This document shows, in pieces, positions 1-14,097 of a stretch of DNA of 64,000 nt. The notes under the pieces were generated by a model. That model ran no database searches, was not told the DNA's origin, and was given only the letters and a program-made list of their open reading frames with translations. Position numbers and translations under genes: made by a program. Every line of letters begins with the position of its first letter. Positions within the stretch are counted from its first letter, which is position 1. Source of the stretch: Styela clava (lineage: Eukaryota); NCBI RefSeq assembly GCF_964204865.1, contig NC_135251.1, positions 558,001 to 622,000 of the forward strand, read 5' to 3'.

Positions 1-55
1 GGGTTAGGGTAGTTCAGGTTGTGCGTCATCTTGGTGCGAATTTTTCCGGAGCGCC
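1..55. mobile_element. Right half of MITE family A (GG..CC ends, TTAGGG-like centre), cut by the window edge
   Basis: ggttgtgcgtcatcttggtgcgaa..ggagcgcc matches the right arm of the copies at 32562, 41502 and 54890. Confidence 0.75.
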
Positions 56-738
56 AAATACTCTACATATACATTAAATCTTCAATGGAACCTAACGTGA
101 ACTTTTGTTTTTGTATGATTGTACCCACAAGTGTTAGTAATCTAGAACACTTTACACAAATTTATGTTGTCTATGGATTATGTTAAATGACCGAAAATGT
201 CTTCCATTGCTATTGAGTGGGTGCGTCTCGTCATGCTTTGAGAAACTTTTATATCCGTTGCCTTGGATGAAAATAATTGTGATGTATTTCAACATTGATA
301 TTAATACCTGCAAGATATGTCTTTTCAAATTTAAAAAATAAAAATTGCCGACATAATTTAACAGCATTGAAAGGGTTAATATATAGCATGCTCCGTACTG
401 TTATCTAGTAAATATAGATCGAACGTTTCCACGTAGCAAAGTTATGCTTTGGAGGTTTTCCGAAGAGTTAATGGTTAGATATGTAATTCCACTCTGGGAT
501 ATTCTGAATGGATTCATTCTGAAGCTGTTCGAATATTGGTTGGAATGTTTTTCGCATTGTGACGTCATTTCCACGCGGAAGTTACGGTATAGTTAGGGAT
601 CTGTTCGAATAGTTTGTTTTTCTAGAATTCTAATTTTACCGTTTTGCTGGGGATATCAGTTATTGGTTTGCATCATGATGACGCCTTTGCTGAATTAGGT
701 TATTTTAATTAACTATATTGATGAATGATGAGAGTACG

Positions 739-1026
739 CAGGGTGGGCAGGGTTTTTGGATCAGGGGCCAAAAATTTTGCCCACCTAGACTGACGGGCCA
801 TGTAAGTATGACGTAAAGAGTTACTTTTTATGAACAATGTTTACCGTGTTACAAAGGCAACAGTGAAAACAATAAACCTCGTGCCAAAACTAAATTTAAC
901 GGCAATCTCAACAAATTCCTTGAGCGTTTTTTACCTGAAATATCAAAATTTGGTTTCATTTTGGTTGTGGCACCATCAGGCGGGCCAGATTGAATTACCT
1001 AGTGGGCCGTACTTTGCCAATGTCTG
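739..1026. mobile_element. Degenerate hAT (Charlie/Buster-type) MITE
   Basis: CAGGG..CTG ends with subterminal GGGCCA / GCGGGCC motifs; TSD not clear. Confidence 0.55.
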
Positions 1027-1371
1027 GCATAGCGTGTAGTCTAACAGAATATCTCCATGTTAGTGCTTCCTACTAGTTGTGGAGATTAGCTTAATGTTTA
1101 TTTCTGCATGCTGAGACTAACTATATTTGATTCCATCTTAGTAACTGCGTCAATAAATTTGCGATAATACTGCGATCTTTATTTTCGTAGGAATAATTAA
1201 ACAAAAAAAATGGTTCGGTTTTTTGTGCCCCGTGAGCCGTGATTATATCATGTCGTTTAAACTCTTACTATATGTAAAACTCTTATATATATTGGCATTT
1301 TGGCAATAGACCATTTTATGTCTATTCATTGCCCAGATGGAGGTTGTCTGTGCAGACTTACCAGTTGTGCA

Positions 1372-1602
1372 CAAGGGCGTACCCAGGGGATTTGCGGGTT
1401 GCCCCCCCCCCCCCCCCCCCCCCCCCTTGAAATGTAAAAAAATAGAATTTTCCTGTATCATACATAGCAATTTTTTATAGCTGGGAACACTTTTTAGACC
1501 CTCAAGGACTCCAGTGGACGCGCTAGCTGTTACGGTTTAACTTGGCAATTAGAAATTTCAGAACCCCCTATCCTTCTTGGAAAACTCCTCGCTACGACCC
1601 TG
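1372..1602. mobile_element. hAT-type MITE with internal poly-C tract
   Basis: caagggcgta..tacgaccctg TIRs; perfect 8-bp TSD gttgtgca. Related internal sequence occurs near 19590 and 30060-30230. Confidence 0.85.
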
Positions 1603-2740
1603 GTTGTGCATGCATTACTATATATGTGTAAATATACATTAGTTGCATGCAGGGATGTTCAAAAAGAATCGAATATCCGAATACATTCAAATTCATCATA
1701 TTCGATATAAAAAAGTTTTGAATTTAGGAATAATTTGGAATATTTTTATTTGAAAATTAGAGAATTTGAGCCTCCAGACAGCCGATCAAAACGTTCGATA
1801 TCTTAATTAACTAGCAACACAGAAAAAATTGATTATATGTTTGTGCCGTTTTAAATGTGATCAACATGAAGATACAGTCATTCATGTAAATTTCCACAGG
1901 AACTTGCCCCAATTTACTATGTATTCTGGAGAGAGAGAGAGACGTATTTATTCGTCAAACAAAAACAATCGTAAACAAAAGCAAAAAAATAAATGTCTTT
2001 TTTGTATTTTCAATGTCATCAGAGCCAGCTCCACTCAATATTCCACATTCGATAATATTTTTTCAGAATGTAATCGGAATAGTGAAAAATTCAGTTTTGC
2101 AATCCCTGGACTATATAATTGTGCATATATCGTTCATCATTTTATTTTATTAATAAAACCAGACTTTCGAAACGAGGAAACGATTTGCTCACTATTTTGA
2201 TATTTTGCAATTAGGCGTTGTCAATGCTTAACATAAAAACATTCGTTTTACGTAAGCTAGCGTGCGTTACAGCGCGCAATTCTCCCTTGGGCTACATTAT
2301 GTACGTCTGTGTCGCATCTTTTTATATCTACGTGATTCCATTTTTAGACATTTGTTGCATAAAACTTATTTATGCTCGATTTAGAAGGATTTGTTGACGC
2401 AAAGCCCTGATATTAATGGACTTTGCGTGATATTGATGCTTTTACTATTTTTTCTAAGTTTAAATCTTGTATGTCACAACAGCTTATATTATTTATTAAG
2501 TATAAGAATAGTCTATTGTTGTATAATCCGCTTTGCAGTTCATTTTGATTCCGATATTCCTAGATCAAGTTGTCTTACAGCAAGATTGCCTTTTGGTGAA
2601 AACCTAGTATACTTTGTATTTTGGCTTAAAATGAACTTATTTGAAATAGGTATTATGTTTTTGTGCATTGAATGCATTTATATAGCTTAGGGGCCGGCGA
2701 GCTTCAGTTTGCTTTTTTGTGAATATTCGAAATTGATATA

Positions 2741-3171
2741 TAGTAGAATCTCCGCTAACGAAATAACCCGAATACGAAAGGCCGAAAATCGAAAATTTAA
2801 AAAACGCGCTCCCGGCCGTTTAATGTAATGTTTCATGTAATTTTGAATTTATTGTGTGTGTTTTGAAGCATAGCCAAGTCGGCCAACGCCAATGATAAAC
2901 AAACATACGGTTAGTAGTTTTCATTCGTTATTTCTCTAATCTTTCGTCTTTCCATATTTACCTTTCCTATTCATTATGCAGTAATTTAATTCTGACATGT
3001 ATTTGTTACGGGTTTTAACCATTATTATAATTTAAACAAATATTATGTTCAAGTGTGGGTGTTTAGGACGAATTAGGGCATTTATAGGGTAAAATGCGTT
3101 CCTACTCACAAATTATCTGCTCACGAAACGGTTTCCGGAACGAATTAATTTTGTAAGTATAGATTCTACAG
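2741..3171. mobile_element. Tigger/pogo-like (Tc1-mariner superfamily) MITE
   Basis: (c/t)agtagaatct..agattctac(a)g ends in TA context. Confidence 0.6.
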
Positions 3172-4070
3172 TATATATATATATAATACATTAATAATAT
3201 GAGATATATTGAAATAGACTTCTAAAACGTTTTGCAATTTTTCACCCAAGTTCATACAAATAACTTCCAGTTTGAACTCGCTGAACCAGTTTTGAATTTT
3301 TTTTACTGATTTAGATAGGTTTGTTGTCGCATAGTCCTAAGATCAATGGCCTATTTTATTTTTCTAAATGGTATTAGTAGGCAGTTTATTCTAGATCAAG
3401 ATGTTTAAGGTAATTTATTAGGTAGGAATAGGCAATTTAAAAAATTGTAGGTAAAGTTTGGAAATATATTTGTAGCGCTCCGTTACACGTAACTTATACT
3501 AATTTTCTACACTTTGAATAGTTCATAATAGAAGCATTTATATGAATCACAATATACTAAAAAGGCAAAAATATTTGCAATACAAAAATTCCCCCATATG
3601 GGGAGGAAAGTTGGCTTAGGCGCGGCGTTAACTATGCCAGAGAGCTGAAGTTTGGTTTGTGTCAGGTTTTAGGCCCGATTTAGACGGATTTGAGATTAAT
3701 GGCTTATCCGTGATTGGGATGCTTACGTTATTTTCTAGTCGCCAGAATTTAAAACTTGGTTTATGTTAGAACAGGCTATAGATGTATTTATTAGGCATAG
3801 GAAATAGTATTCCATCGTGAAATTGATTTAGAATATTCTAAATAAAGTACCGAAAAAATCTGGCATGCTTAGTTTTTTTCTGCAAATTGCTGGAATTCCT
3901 GAACATTAAACTATTCCCCTTAAGCGCTGCTTATATAGCTTGAGGGAGGTTTTCATCATTGGTTTTCTAAAAATTTTCAACTTTGAATTTAATTTTAATA
4001 TACCTGTATTCTAGAATGTTTACCTTATTAAGATACCTGAATGTTGTCTTATGTAGGCGATACCGTAGGG

Positions 4071-4352
4071 CAGGGTTTACCAAACTGGAGTCCGCAGAAC
4101 CCTGGGGGTCCGTGATGACTGCACAGGGGGTCCGCAACGATGTGAAAAGACTCTGATCAATCTTTAACGATTGATTTCAGTCAAAAAGCCATTGCATTAT
4201 TTTGATTGATTGTGTCGGACGAATACCCATTGCTGTCAGAAAAGGCAATCAAATTGGTTAGGCACAGAAATTTAGACGGGACAAGATGGGGGTTCATTTA
4301 AAATAAAATTCACAAACAGGGGTCCGCGGCCCAAAAAGTTTGGGAAACACTG
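4071..4352. mobile_element. hAT Charlie/Buster-type MITE
   Basis: cagggtttaccaaact..agtttgggaaacactg; TSD ccgtaggg/gcttaggg with central TA. Confidence 0.8.
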
Positions 4353-6105
4353 GCTTAGGGAGTTTAATGTACACTGTACAGTTTTAAAATAGGCAAATGC
4401 AGGAAGAACGCATCAAAAAGGATGGGAACCACTGGTCTGATCCATCGAGCCGAGACCGCTGTGATATTTAGTTGAACAGTATTCGTGTAGGGCCGTTTAG
4501 CTGCAAATTTTAGGCCAATGTCTTTCGTCCCGTATGTGCGTAATTCACCACTATCAGTCTTTGTGCTTTTAGAAATACTTGTTGGGCCCGTAACTTTGCT
4601 CAGAGTTTACTCTATTTTACTTCTGAGTGAGAGCGCTTGGCACATATTCATACTGTCTATATTACATCAATAACGAGCTATAGCGCCAAAGCGTTTCCTT
4701 GTACTTTCATGTTGAGAAAGTCAAACTCTATGTTTCAATGCGAATCGTGTTACAAAAAGCAAAACAAATGTTCTGTAAGTTCATGTTAATTAAGTCGAAT
4801 ATTCTTTCCAATGCACGGGGATTCGTGTTACAAAAAGTAATCGGACTAGGATATTGGGCATTCTGCCACGTTATGACCGTCTCTGCGCGCAAACGGAAGC
4901 TCACGTGTGTCAAATATTATTTTCAATGTGTCCTGTTTTTTGTGTGTCAAGAAATAAGTCAACATTAACATTGAGAGATTTACAACCGAATGTCAGGGAT
5001 AATTAGTGCCAAACATCGTACGCAGAAAAACATTCTCACGCATGGCATTGATTTTCTCAAATTAATGAAAAACAAATGCGCCGTTAGTATGAAAACCACG
5101 GGAAGCTCCTAATGTTAGCGATTAATCGCTGTGATTGACGCATAGACCATGCGACATGACGTTTCTGTCTCGGCTCCAGAAAGATTTCGGTTCATGGTGT
5201 ATTCTAATTGACATGCTTGGTAATTTTCACGCACATTAAGGATAATTAATCTAAACAAGACCGTTTTTTTTAGAAAATGCAATGTGCTGTTTCATTAATT
5301 TACGACGGTTTTTTTCATCTTTCACATTTCGAACGAGGATCTTTGAGAGCTGCCACTGGTATGGGTGGCTGCTATTTTTAAAAATGACCGTAATCTTTCT
5401 TAGATCTGTATTCTGCTGCGATGTCATCATAATGCCATATAGTTGTATCTCTGTCGCTCCGGGTATCACTTCGTATTTTCGGAAATTCAAATGTTTAAAT
5501 CATTCCTCCCTCTTCTTCCCCCTAACCTGGATAATTACTAATTTTTTACTTTGAAACGTGGCGTTTTTTTATATTTCAAATTTTGCGTTAGTGACGGGCT
5601 TTATACAAAAGATCCAAAATTTCCGCTTTCATTTCAACAGCGTTTCGAAATTGCCAAGCTGATAGCGAAACCCATAATGAGATTATTAATTGAAATTTGG
5701 AACCATGTTATTGTAATTACGAAGCACTGTGGCTTGCCGGGTTAGGTTGGTCGCTTGGCTCGATTGACAAAAAAATTACCCCGAGTGATAATATTTTTAC
5801 ATCACATCACAAGAAGAATCCTTGCTCCCACCGGTTATCGACTACGAATCAACAGGATTTTTGACTCCATACGAAAATAAAATAAATCCCGCTCTGAATA
5901 ATCTCATCTCGCTCAATCTCTAGTATGCATCTGCACTACAAGGCTAATTACTTGGGTTGGGACCATGCTATTGTGCAGAATATGCGTTATCGACAGTGTT
6001 TTTTAACGATTTCCCACGTCTTTCACTCCGACCAACTATTTTTGTAATTAAAAAAATTCGAGATCTTCAACTCTACCAATGGCCCCTAACTAATATGTAA
6101 TCGGA

Positions 6106-6295
6106 GGTTACCGTACATTTGAACCCACGTACATTTGAACCCATGTCATTTGCACCTGCATACTATTGCATCTATGGAATTTTTGTTTTTTTTTCACGGA
6201 GATTTGAACCCATACTAACCCTAACCCATGGGTTTTAGCATCCGCATATAGATTGAACCCACGGATATACACATGGGTTCAAATGTACGGTCACC
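6106..6295. mobile_element. MITE family B (GG..CC TIRs, 9-bp TSD, Mutator-like)
   Basis: TIR ggttaccgtacatttgaaccc / gggttcaaatgtacggtcacc; flanks gtaatcgga / ttaatcgga; internal ctaaccctaaccc. Confidence 0.85.
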
Positions 6296-9200
6296 TTAAT
6301 CGGATTGCCCATAGAAGGGAATAACGAATCTTAGTTGACTAAAAATTGACTTAGAATACGAATTAAAAAAGATAATGGAAACACGTCGGAAATTGGGGGT
6401 AGGCCGAGGGCCGAAAAATTAGCTAACGGAATTCCAGAATCCTAATTTATTCGAACACGACTTTTAATCCGTCCCACAGCGCAATGCGTTTCCTCCGACA
6501 TCGACATCGAATACTATTTAATTATTCATATTATTGGATCGCGGGAAGTAGTATTGTGACGCAAAACATCACGTGACTACCCAACTAACGATTGAGTTAC
6601 TCGGGTCGTTTGCATTAGTTACGAACGATTTTTCAGGTCAATTTTGAAAAGGTCATCATTGATAGCAACGGGACAAAATTAAAAGGTTATTGCGTGGCGG
6701 TTTTTCTTCCATAAGAACACGCGCTCTTACTCTGACGTGAAAGCTAATCTTTGAGCAAGTTCCGCCCGCTCACTCAGAATTTAAAAACTCAACTCTGAGC
6801 AAAGTTACTTGCACTCAGAAGTAAAGGAGATTCATCTCTGATCAAAGTTACGGGCTATACGTGAAATTCTAAGAGTTACTGAAACTGTGTAGAATTATGG
6901 TGGTTCATACGCGGGACTTGACGCAAAACTATAGCAGGTAAACGAACGAATCATACAGAAACAGTAATTCAAATGTTTGTTTATTTTCAAGTAATTATAA
7001 AATTTAGAGGTTCTGTTTTTCTGAGTGGCCATCCTGTATATATATTCAGGTAAAAGATACACGCTATAGTTCCTTTAGTATATCATGCTCTGATGAAATT
7101 TTCTGCATGGAAATTCGAAACGCCGCATGTTACGTAGTTGTGCTCTGTATCGCCGCAACAGAACCAAATTAGTCGATGTCACATTACTGAGGAAATCATA
7201 TTTTTGTAATTAATATACCTGTGCAGTCGATAGGCGCTGATTCGTAATGACAGGAGACCAAAAATGTTCATTTCTGAAAAATGTGACATGAGGTTTTACT
7301 GTGGCAATTTGGTCTAGGCCAGAGGGACTTAACTGTTATCTTATGATTTCAAAATAGATATACGGCACAACCTAAAATCAAAACTAAAACAGTTATAGCT
7401 TTGAGACCCAGACCAACGCCTGGTCCGTAATGGTTGAAGATTATAAAAGTATTTCTAAAAAATGTGTCATAGACTAATTTAGTTTTACTGCGGCGGTGTG
7501 TCCACAATATTGTCATTGTAATTTCCATATTATAAAACAAAAATAAAATCTATAAAAATATCAACTAATTTGTTCAAATTTATCTTTTGAACATGATCCA
7601 ACTTAGGATAAATTTAAATAAAAGTCAACATTGTCAATTAATTTCCATTCAAAAACAACAAAAATAGCTTTTTGCATCGTCACGCAGTTATTTCTTAAAC
7701 AAAAACTAAAATAATGATTGTTATAGAATAAGTTAATTTGCAAAATCAATCAGACGGCTTGGATAATCACACTGTGAAAAAACAGAAAATATAGTTGCAT
7801 TTAACGGTGATTAATATTAACAACAAAAATCCATCGTTTCAAACTAAACTTATGTTAGTGATACTATGTGACAAGACTCTTGAATCACTTAGAATTGTAA
7901 TCTTTACTTTTGCTTTATAGCATAAACGTTAAATAACACTTAGTTGTGAATGATATTATATACATAACCCACAAATGGTGTTTTATCAGGTCGTTTGTAA
8001 CCCACGAATTCAGAAAAAGCCAAACCCGTATGAATTACTATTCGGAAAATATTTTAAAAAAATATTTTCGGATACGGAATATCAAATACATTCTAATTCG
8101 GTCACGTTCGACAATGAACAGATAGAAGCAACGATGGCTGAACCGAAAAATGTGCTGTTCCAAACACATTTTAAGATACATTTTTGAATTTTAAAATTTT
8201 CTAAATTGGCCACCATGATCAATAAAGGTCGACTATGTTTTTTAACAAGCTTGAATTCGGAAATGTGGGACAAATAATAAATGATTTGATTAATTCTCAA
8301 ACGTACTGTGAGATTTCAAATTACTAGAAGTAATAGGATATCATGTATTCAACAGTTAACTGATATAATTAATTTTGAATTGATTTAGTTTGGATATCAG
8401 TACATCTTTTGATTCTTTTGAAGTCTTTCGTTATGAAAATGACCGGATTTCCGTTAGTAGGGCAGGTTTGACGCACGAACGCGTTTTGTTCTGTTTTGCA
8501 GACGTTTTACTTACGCAAGTCACGCACGGGAGAATCGTCTGTGACGCACGCGACGAGGGTTTTCAATCGACAGTAACTCAGTTTGAGTAGATTTCTGCTG
8601 TCGTTGTTTGATTTGTTTGTGCCACGTCTGAGCGAGGATAGCTTGTAATGTTGTCAAAAACTAAGTTTTGCAAAATCTTGCTGCCCATGGACAAATACTA
8701 AACGGAATGTAGTGCTTTTATGACGGCAAACTTAATGCCTTAATGACTAATAAAACGATCATTTTTACAGAACATTTATTCACCCAGAAATTACCCCGAA
8801 CTAAGGAGGCGGCTCTTGTGTGCACAATTATTATGTCCTGATAGGGTTATTTCACAGGCTGTTGTCACTTTGTTGAGCATGAATTGTTTGAACATGATGG
8901 GATTTGGAATCTACCAATCAAAATAACTCTCTGAATACCACTGGGATATTAAACAGGGGGCCATGAGTGCTTAAATCCTACGGAATGGGGGCCACGACCC
9001 ATAAAAGGTTGGGAACCACTGGTTCAGATCCTTTGTTTTAAACCTTCCGAGTCATTACGGCGCTGCCACCAATGCCGAACACCCGCATGAATTGCCGTAA
9101 ATATATTTTCTCTCCTGGGATCACGCGTGACGCCGCAACCGACTCGCGTTAGCAATCGATCTTTCGTCGCCATGTAAGGGCAGAATTTCCTTTTGATATT

Positions 9201-9788
9201 TTCATATATTCCGTGCAAGTTGCCTTGTGCATTACTATCTATAAGTTCCCATGGCCTATATTTCGAGCAAGGCCCTAGTCAAAATCTCGCGCGCAAATCC
9301 CATTCCCAAAACTTTGCGTTTTCTTGCTCCCTCGACTAGAAGGCGTGCTTTCACATCTCTTTCTTTTGTCACGGTCACGTGTGACTTTTTACGTCACACA
9401 CCTTCATGGCTGTCCGCTAGTCCAGAAACCTTGCCCGCCCCTGTTAGGCCAATGATATTCAACATTTTTGCATTTTCAACCCTCTTAGTAAATACTATAT
9501 ATTTACCCCCCTGTATTTAATGATTTTGTTATTTATTGGCAACTAGTTGTTCAATGTCGCGGAGTGCTAGATAATGCTCAACGAATGTCAGATTCAATGT
9601 CAAGTCGGATTCTCGCTTTGGATTTGTTTTTGTATTGTTTTACTTTGAATTTAAAAACCCTAAAGCTCTTACCCCAGTTTAAGAAATGTCCTGTTCGCCC
9701 CCATTCGTTTCCGGTTATGCAATCAAATCACGGTAAAACGAATTATATTTCGTAAAAATTGCGAATTCTACCAAAATGATTATCGATT

Positions 9789-10070
9789 CAAGTCACCTCG
9801 GTTATGTAAACTAACCTGGGTTAGTTCATGGGGTCGCGATTCGCAAACGACCGATACAGCTTGAACTTTTTTTCACCCAGTTCGGTGTTTAGAAACGTCA
9901 AATACAAATGTCTCGACATAGGAAAATCCGCGACCAAATCGCGACTTACATTGAAAGCTAGATACAAGTCGTGGGTACGAGAACAAATTTCTCAAATAAA
10001 AATTGATTTTTCAGTCCAAGTCACCTCGGTTATGTAAACTAACATGGGGAAATGTTTAGGAAGTCGCGAT
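9789..10070. repeat. Direct repeat, 27-bp exact core, spacing about 228 bp
   Basis: caagtcacctcggttatgtaaactaac at 9789 and 10017. Confidence 0.75.
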
Positions 10071-13000
10071 CCGAATCGTCTGTATTATTTTTCACCTTTT
10101 TTATATAAACATTGCAAAATAGAGAGTACGATTCCCTACCATTCGTTGCACCGTTCTTGGCCATCGAAAACAAATATAGGTTGTCCATGAAGTCTTAATT
10201 TTTTTTAAATTCCTAAGGAAATTTATCGATATCATATACACTTTTGACCGTCACAGATGTAATAAATGAATTGAAAATACTTGATCAATTACTGATTAAA
10301 AAACAACAAACCTGGTTAAGATATATTGAGAATTGAAATTCTAAATGGAATTTATGGACAACCTGAATGTTAATGTTATGTTGACGCTGATTTAAGAGCC
10401 AGAGCCTGAGTATAGTTCTTCTCCGGCTGGACTTTACACACGAATTGTAGAAATTGCACAATGCTGTAGTCGGAGTCAAATATTTTTATCCGGATTTGTA
10501 ATGTTGCCTGCATCCAGATAGAATAAAAAATGTCTCGATCACTTCAACTCTGCCTCGAATCGTGCATATTTTTAGCCAGTTGCTGTGATAGAAGCCAAAT
10601 ATTTCGACCCGGATTCCGAATTGTTCGTGTTTTATAACCAATATTGATTGTATGCTGTAATAGGAGTCAAATATTTTCATAGGAATTCAGAGTCGGATTC
10701 GGCATGTAGTGCTTCTATGACCGCATAATTAAATAAAACAGTAACAAAAAACAATGTTTTTTACATAACATTTATTTCCTCATTATTTATTTTATTTGTC
10801 GTCCGCGACTTTCAGAAATCGTTGCAGAGATGCTTGCAAGTTTTTAAGTTATGGTACTTCCTACGTATACAATTACTATTGAGCAACACTTTAACACCAA
10901 ATACAAAATCAACAATAACATTTAATAGAAAACAAAACCAACTTCTAGGTTTTCGTTCAAGAGACTAGCGACACAAAAGAATTCCCAAGCGACCCAGTTT
11001 AGGGTCGCGACCCATAGGTTGGGAAACACTTTACGCTGTAGTAGGAGTCAATTATTGTGACCCGGATTCCGGCCATGAAGGGTAATATATCCCGGATCCG
11101 GATAGCAATATATCAGACTCTGCAACTACATCGACTACCGCGTATTATCAGTATTCTAGATCTTTAATTATCTCTAAAATGCATCTGACACGATGTTTTG
11201 CCAATACCGCCCCCTTCTTATCGATTTTATAAAAGCTATGATGCAAAAACGTTCGAAAAATGTAATGTCATTTCGTAGTTATGAGGTAGTGGTGAGGTAC
11301 CGAAAAGATATCGGTCATAGCAGGCTATAATTAATCGGTGGCTGCTTGTGTTGACTTTATATTAGTGCGTGGGGCAGATGGGGATGCGACATATTTGGGA
11401 CAGCCTGGATCGGATAGGCAATGCTGAATTGTAAAGATACCGCTTCTTATGGAAATAGTAACTCTTTACAGTATCAGTTGTCTCTTGCGCAGAGCTTTGA
11501 TCAGAGTGACGTCAAACGCGTCATAAAATAAGTACGTACGAATTTGAGCTGAGGCATTTAACAGAGATGTTTCATGCAAAATCTCCTCATTTTGAAGTTC
11601 ATTCAAAATACTTGCATTCCATCTTAAAACGTATTCGCGTATGTTTAGGCATTATTGCGCCACAACACGTTTCACACGAAGCGTAACGATGACGCCAAAT
11701 CACGGGACGTCGGTATGTGATATCACAACTTCTAACAAGCTCAGCTTTTTAACTGGAAGTTCTATGTAAATGGGTCAACTACGCACTTTTTGAAATTTGT
11801 TAGAGGCTTCGTGAATAATAGTCGACCCCGTCACGGGCTCCATATCACCAAACGTTTAAGAAGCTGTTCTGCTCCATAAATACGACCTTCATAATGCAAA
11901 AACCGATTTCTTTTGTACTCATCACGTTGGTAATACATGTCACCATCAAATGCTGTTAAATATACTGAATGTGTTTAACAGCTTGATACAGAAACCCGCC
12001 AATGTTTGATCACGGTTTTGTTTTATTTGTTTTGCGAGCAAACCTCCTTGGGTCACGCGATTTTGCGTCTGTTTGCGTCGTTGAACGCTCAGTAGGGAAA
12101 CAGTACCAGTGTTATATATAGTTGTGGTATGTATGTCTGTCCCTAGAGATGTACAAACCTAATATTTCACTATTGCTAATGCATTCTTAAACATTGTTAT
12201 GTAGAATGCTCTGAACATCGAGTCAGGACCGAGTCACGCTACAGGGGTGGTGACTCCTCTACGGCCCATCTAATTGGGCCACATGGTCCGTGGCACATCA
12301 AGCTACACCATGAAAAATTCAACCATCTTACTGAAAGTTTTCAATTTTTACAAAATTGTCAATGTTCGAACCAAAAAAAATCGTCAGATGCCACCAATTT
12401 TTTCTTACGATAAGCCTTTATATAAAAATAAAGCAAAAACCAAGCTACAGAAAAAGATATTCCTGCAGTATGTGTACCAGGTTAGGGTTAGAACTAAATT
12501 TTGTTCAGATTATTCACATTATAGTTCTATTATGAGTTTGGGGACTGTCTGTGTTAGCCAAGTGAATAGTCCCTTCACACAACTTGATGGGCCGCGGAGT
12601 CACCATTTCCACTCGAGCCACGGGTCTGACGTCGAGTCAGTCACCTATTTAAGTTTCACCATTTGTTAGTTGATGACGAGACAGTGATTCTCAAGCGATG
12701 GGGCCGTCCCACAAGGGTGGCTTAAACAATTTTATGAGGCGACGTGAAGCTAATAGGAAATAAAAGTATTTGTCAAATTTGATATTTCCCGCCTTATTTT
12801 GAATACCTACATTTCTTCATTCAGATTTCAATTCCATTCGCGTATTTTTAAAGTGTTTTTTAAATAAAACACACTTCAAAAAGTCAGCAATGAATACTTG
12901 GGCAGGATAACCTTCACATTTTATTCTTTTATGTGCTTAAGCTGGCGACGCGTTATTTTTTATAGTTGCAATTTTTGCTTTGTTTGATTGTGAAGTGCCT

Positions 13001-13719
13001 TGTTCGGAATGAAAGACATAATAAATGCACTGAATAAAATATTTATTATCCCCGAAAATCCGCTGGTAACCGAAGTTTTAAGGTGACGTCATACTGGGAA
13101 TGTCATAAGACTTCCAATAAGCACCTAACAATAGTTGTACGCTCTTTTTTTGCGATGCTGGCAACGGGTTATTTGTCCTGGCATCAAACTCCACTTTACC
13201 TTATGGCTGGTGATTCCTTTATTTGTCAAAAGGGCGAAGTTTGTGTACTATGTGGATTCCTGTCAATAAGTCCACACCCGACGTTGCCAACACGGAATCA
13301 CACTGTGGAAAAATATGAAAATGTTACTTATATTTCACGATAAATCACTTTAGTAATGTGCTGTCGCGAATTTCGCATAGTCCTATGATTGATATCGTCT
13401 TTTATATCTTATCCGACCGTGCTTAGTTAACAAACAATCAAAGATAAATTAGAAGTCATGTGACAAATGTATTTTCCTCCATTTTTTTAAAAATTTCACG
13501 ATTTTTTCAATGTTATGAGACCCTGCCGTATTTCGTGATATACATCATATTAGTCTGTCATATTGCGTCGCTAGTTCGTTGGTACCTTTTGTGGGCCAGG
13601 TTGTTGGGAACAGGGATGTCCCAAGTTGAATGCGTTCAAAATTAGTTTAGCTGATTATATCAATATTATATTGAAATTAATAAAAAACAGGTTTAAAATA
13701 ATTGGATAGTACTCTAACA

Positions 13720-14097
13720 CAAGGTGGTCCAAAGTTGCGATATTGGAGGGCAGCATAAGATTTTGAGAAGGCCTTGCCGGCCGCAGTCGAAAAATTCAGA
13801 AGTGATCAAAATACTGCAAGTTTAGTTACTTTAAATTTATTAAAAAATGAGATTTTATCGTTTAATCAGGTTATTGTAGTGTTGCATCTTGGAGTTTTTG
13901 ATTATTTATGTTAAAGGAAGATAAATAAAGAACAAGCGAAACAATAGAACGATGTATTGTTTCTTGCTTCTAGTTACTGCTTCAGATAGGCGTTCCGTTA
14001 CTGTTGTCACATGGCCCACGCTTGAAAATCTTCTGCGGGCGCACGTAATGTGTCCGCGGGCCGCGTGCGACCCGCATGCCAGGGTTTGGACCACCTG
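13720..14097. mobile_element. hAT Charlie/Buster-type MITE
   Basis: caaggtggtccaaa..tttggaccacctg; perfect TSD ctctaaca. Confidence 0.9.

Noticed and set aside
1-12. GGGTTAGGGT at the window start as a chromosome telomere
   Set aside because: Under two units long and continuous with the right arm of MITE family A
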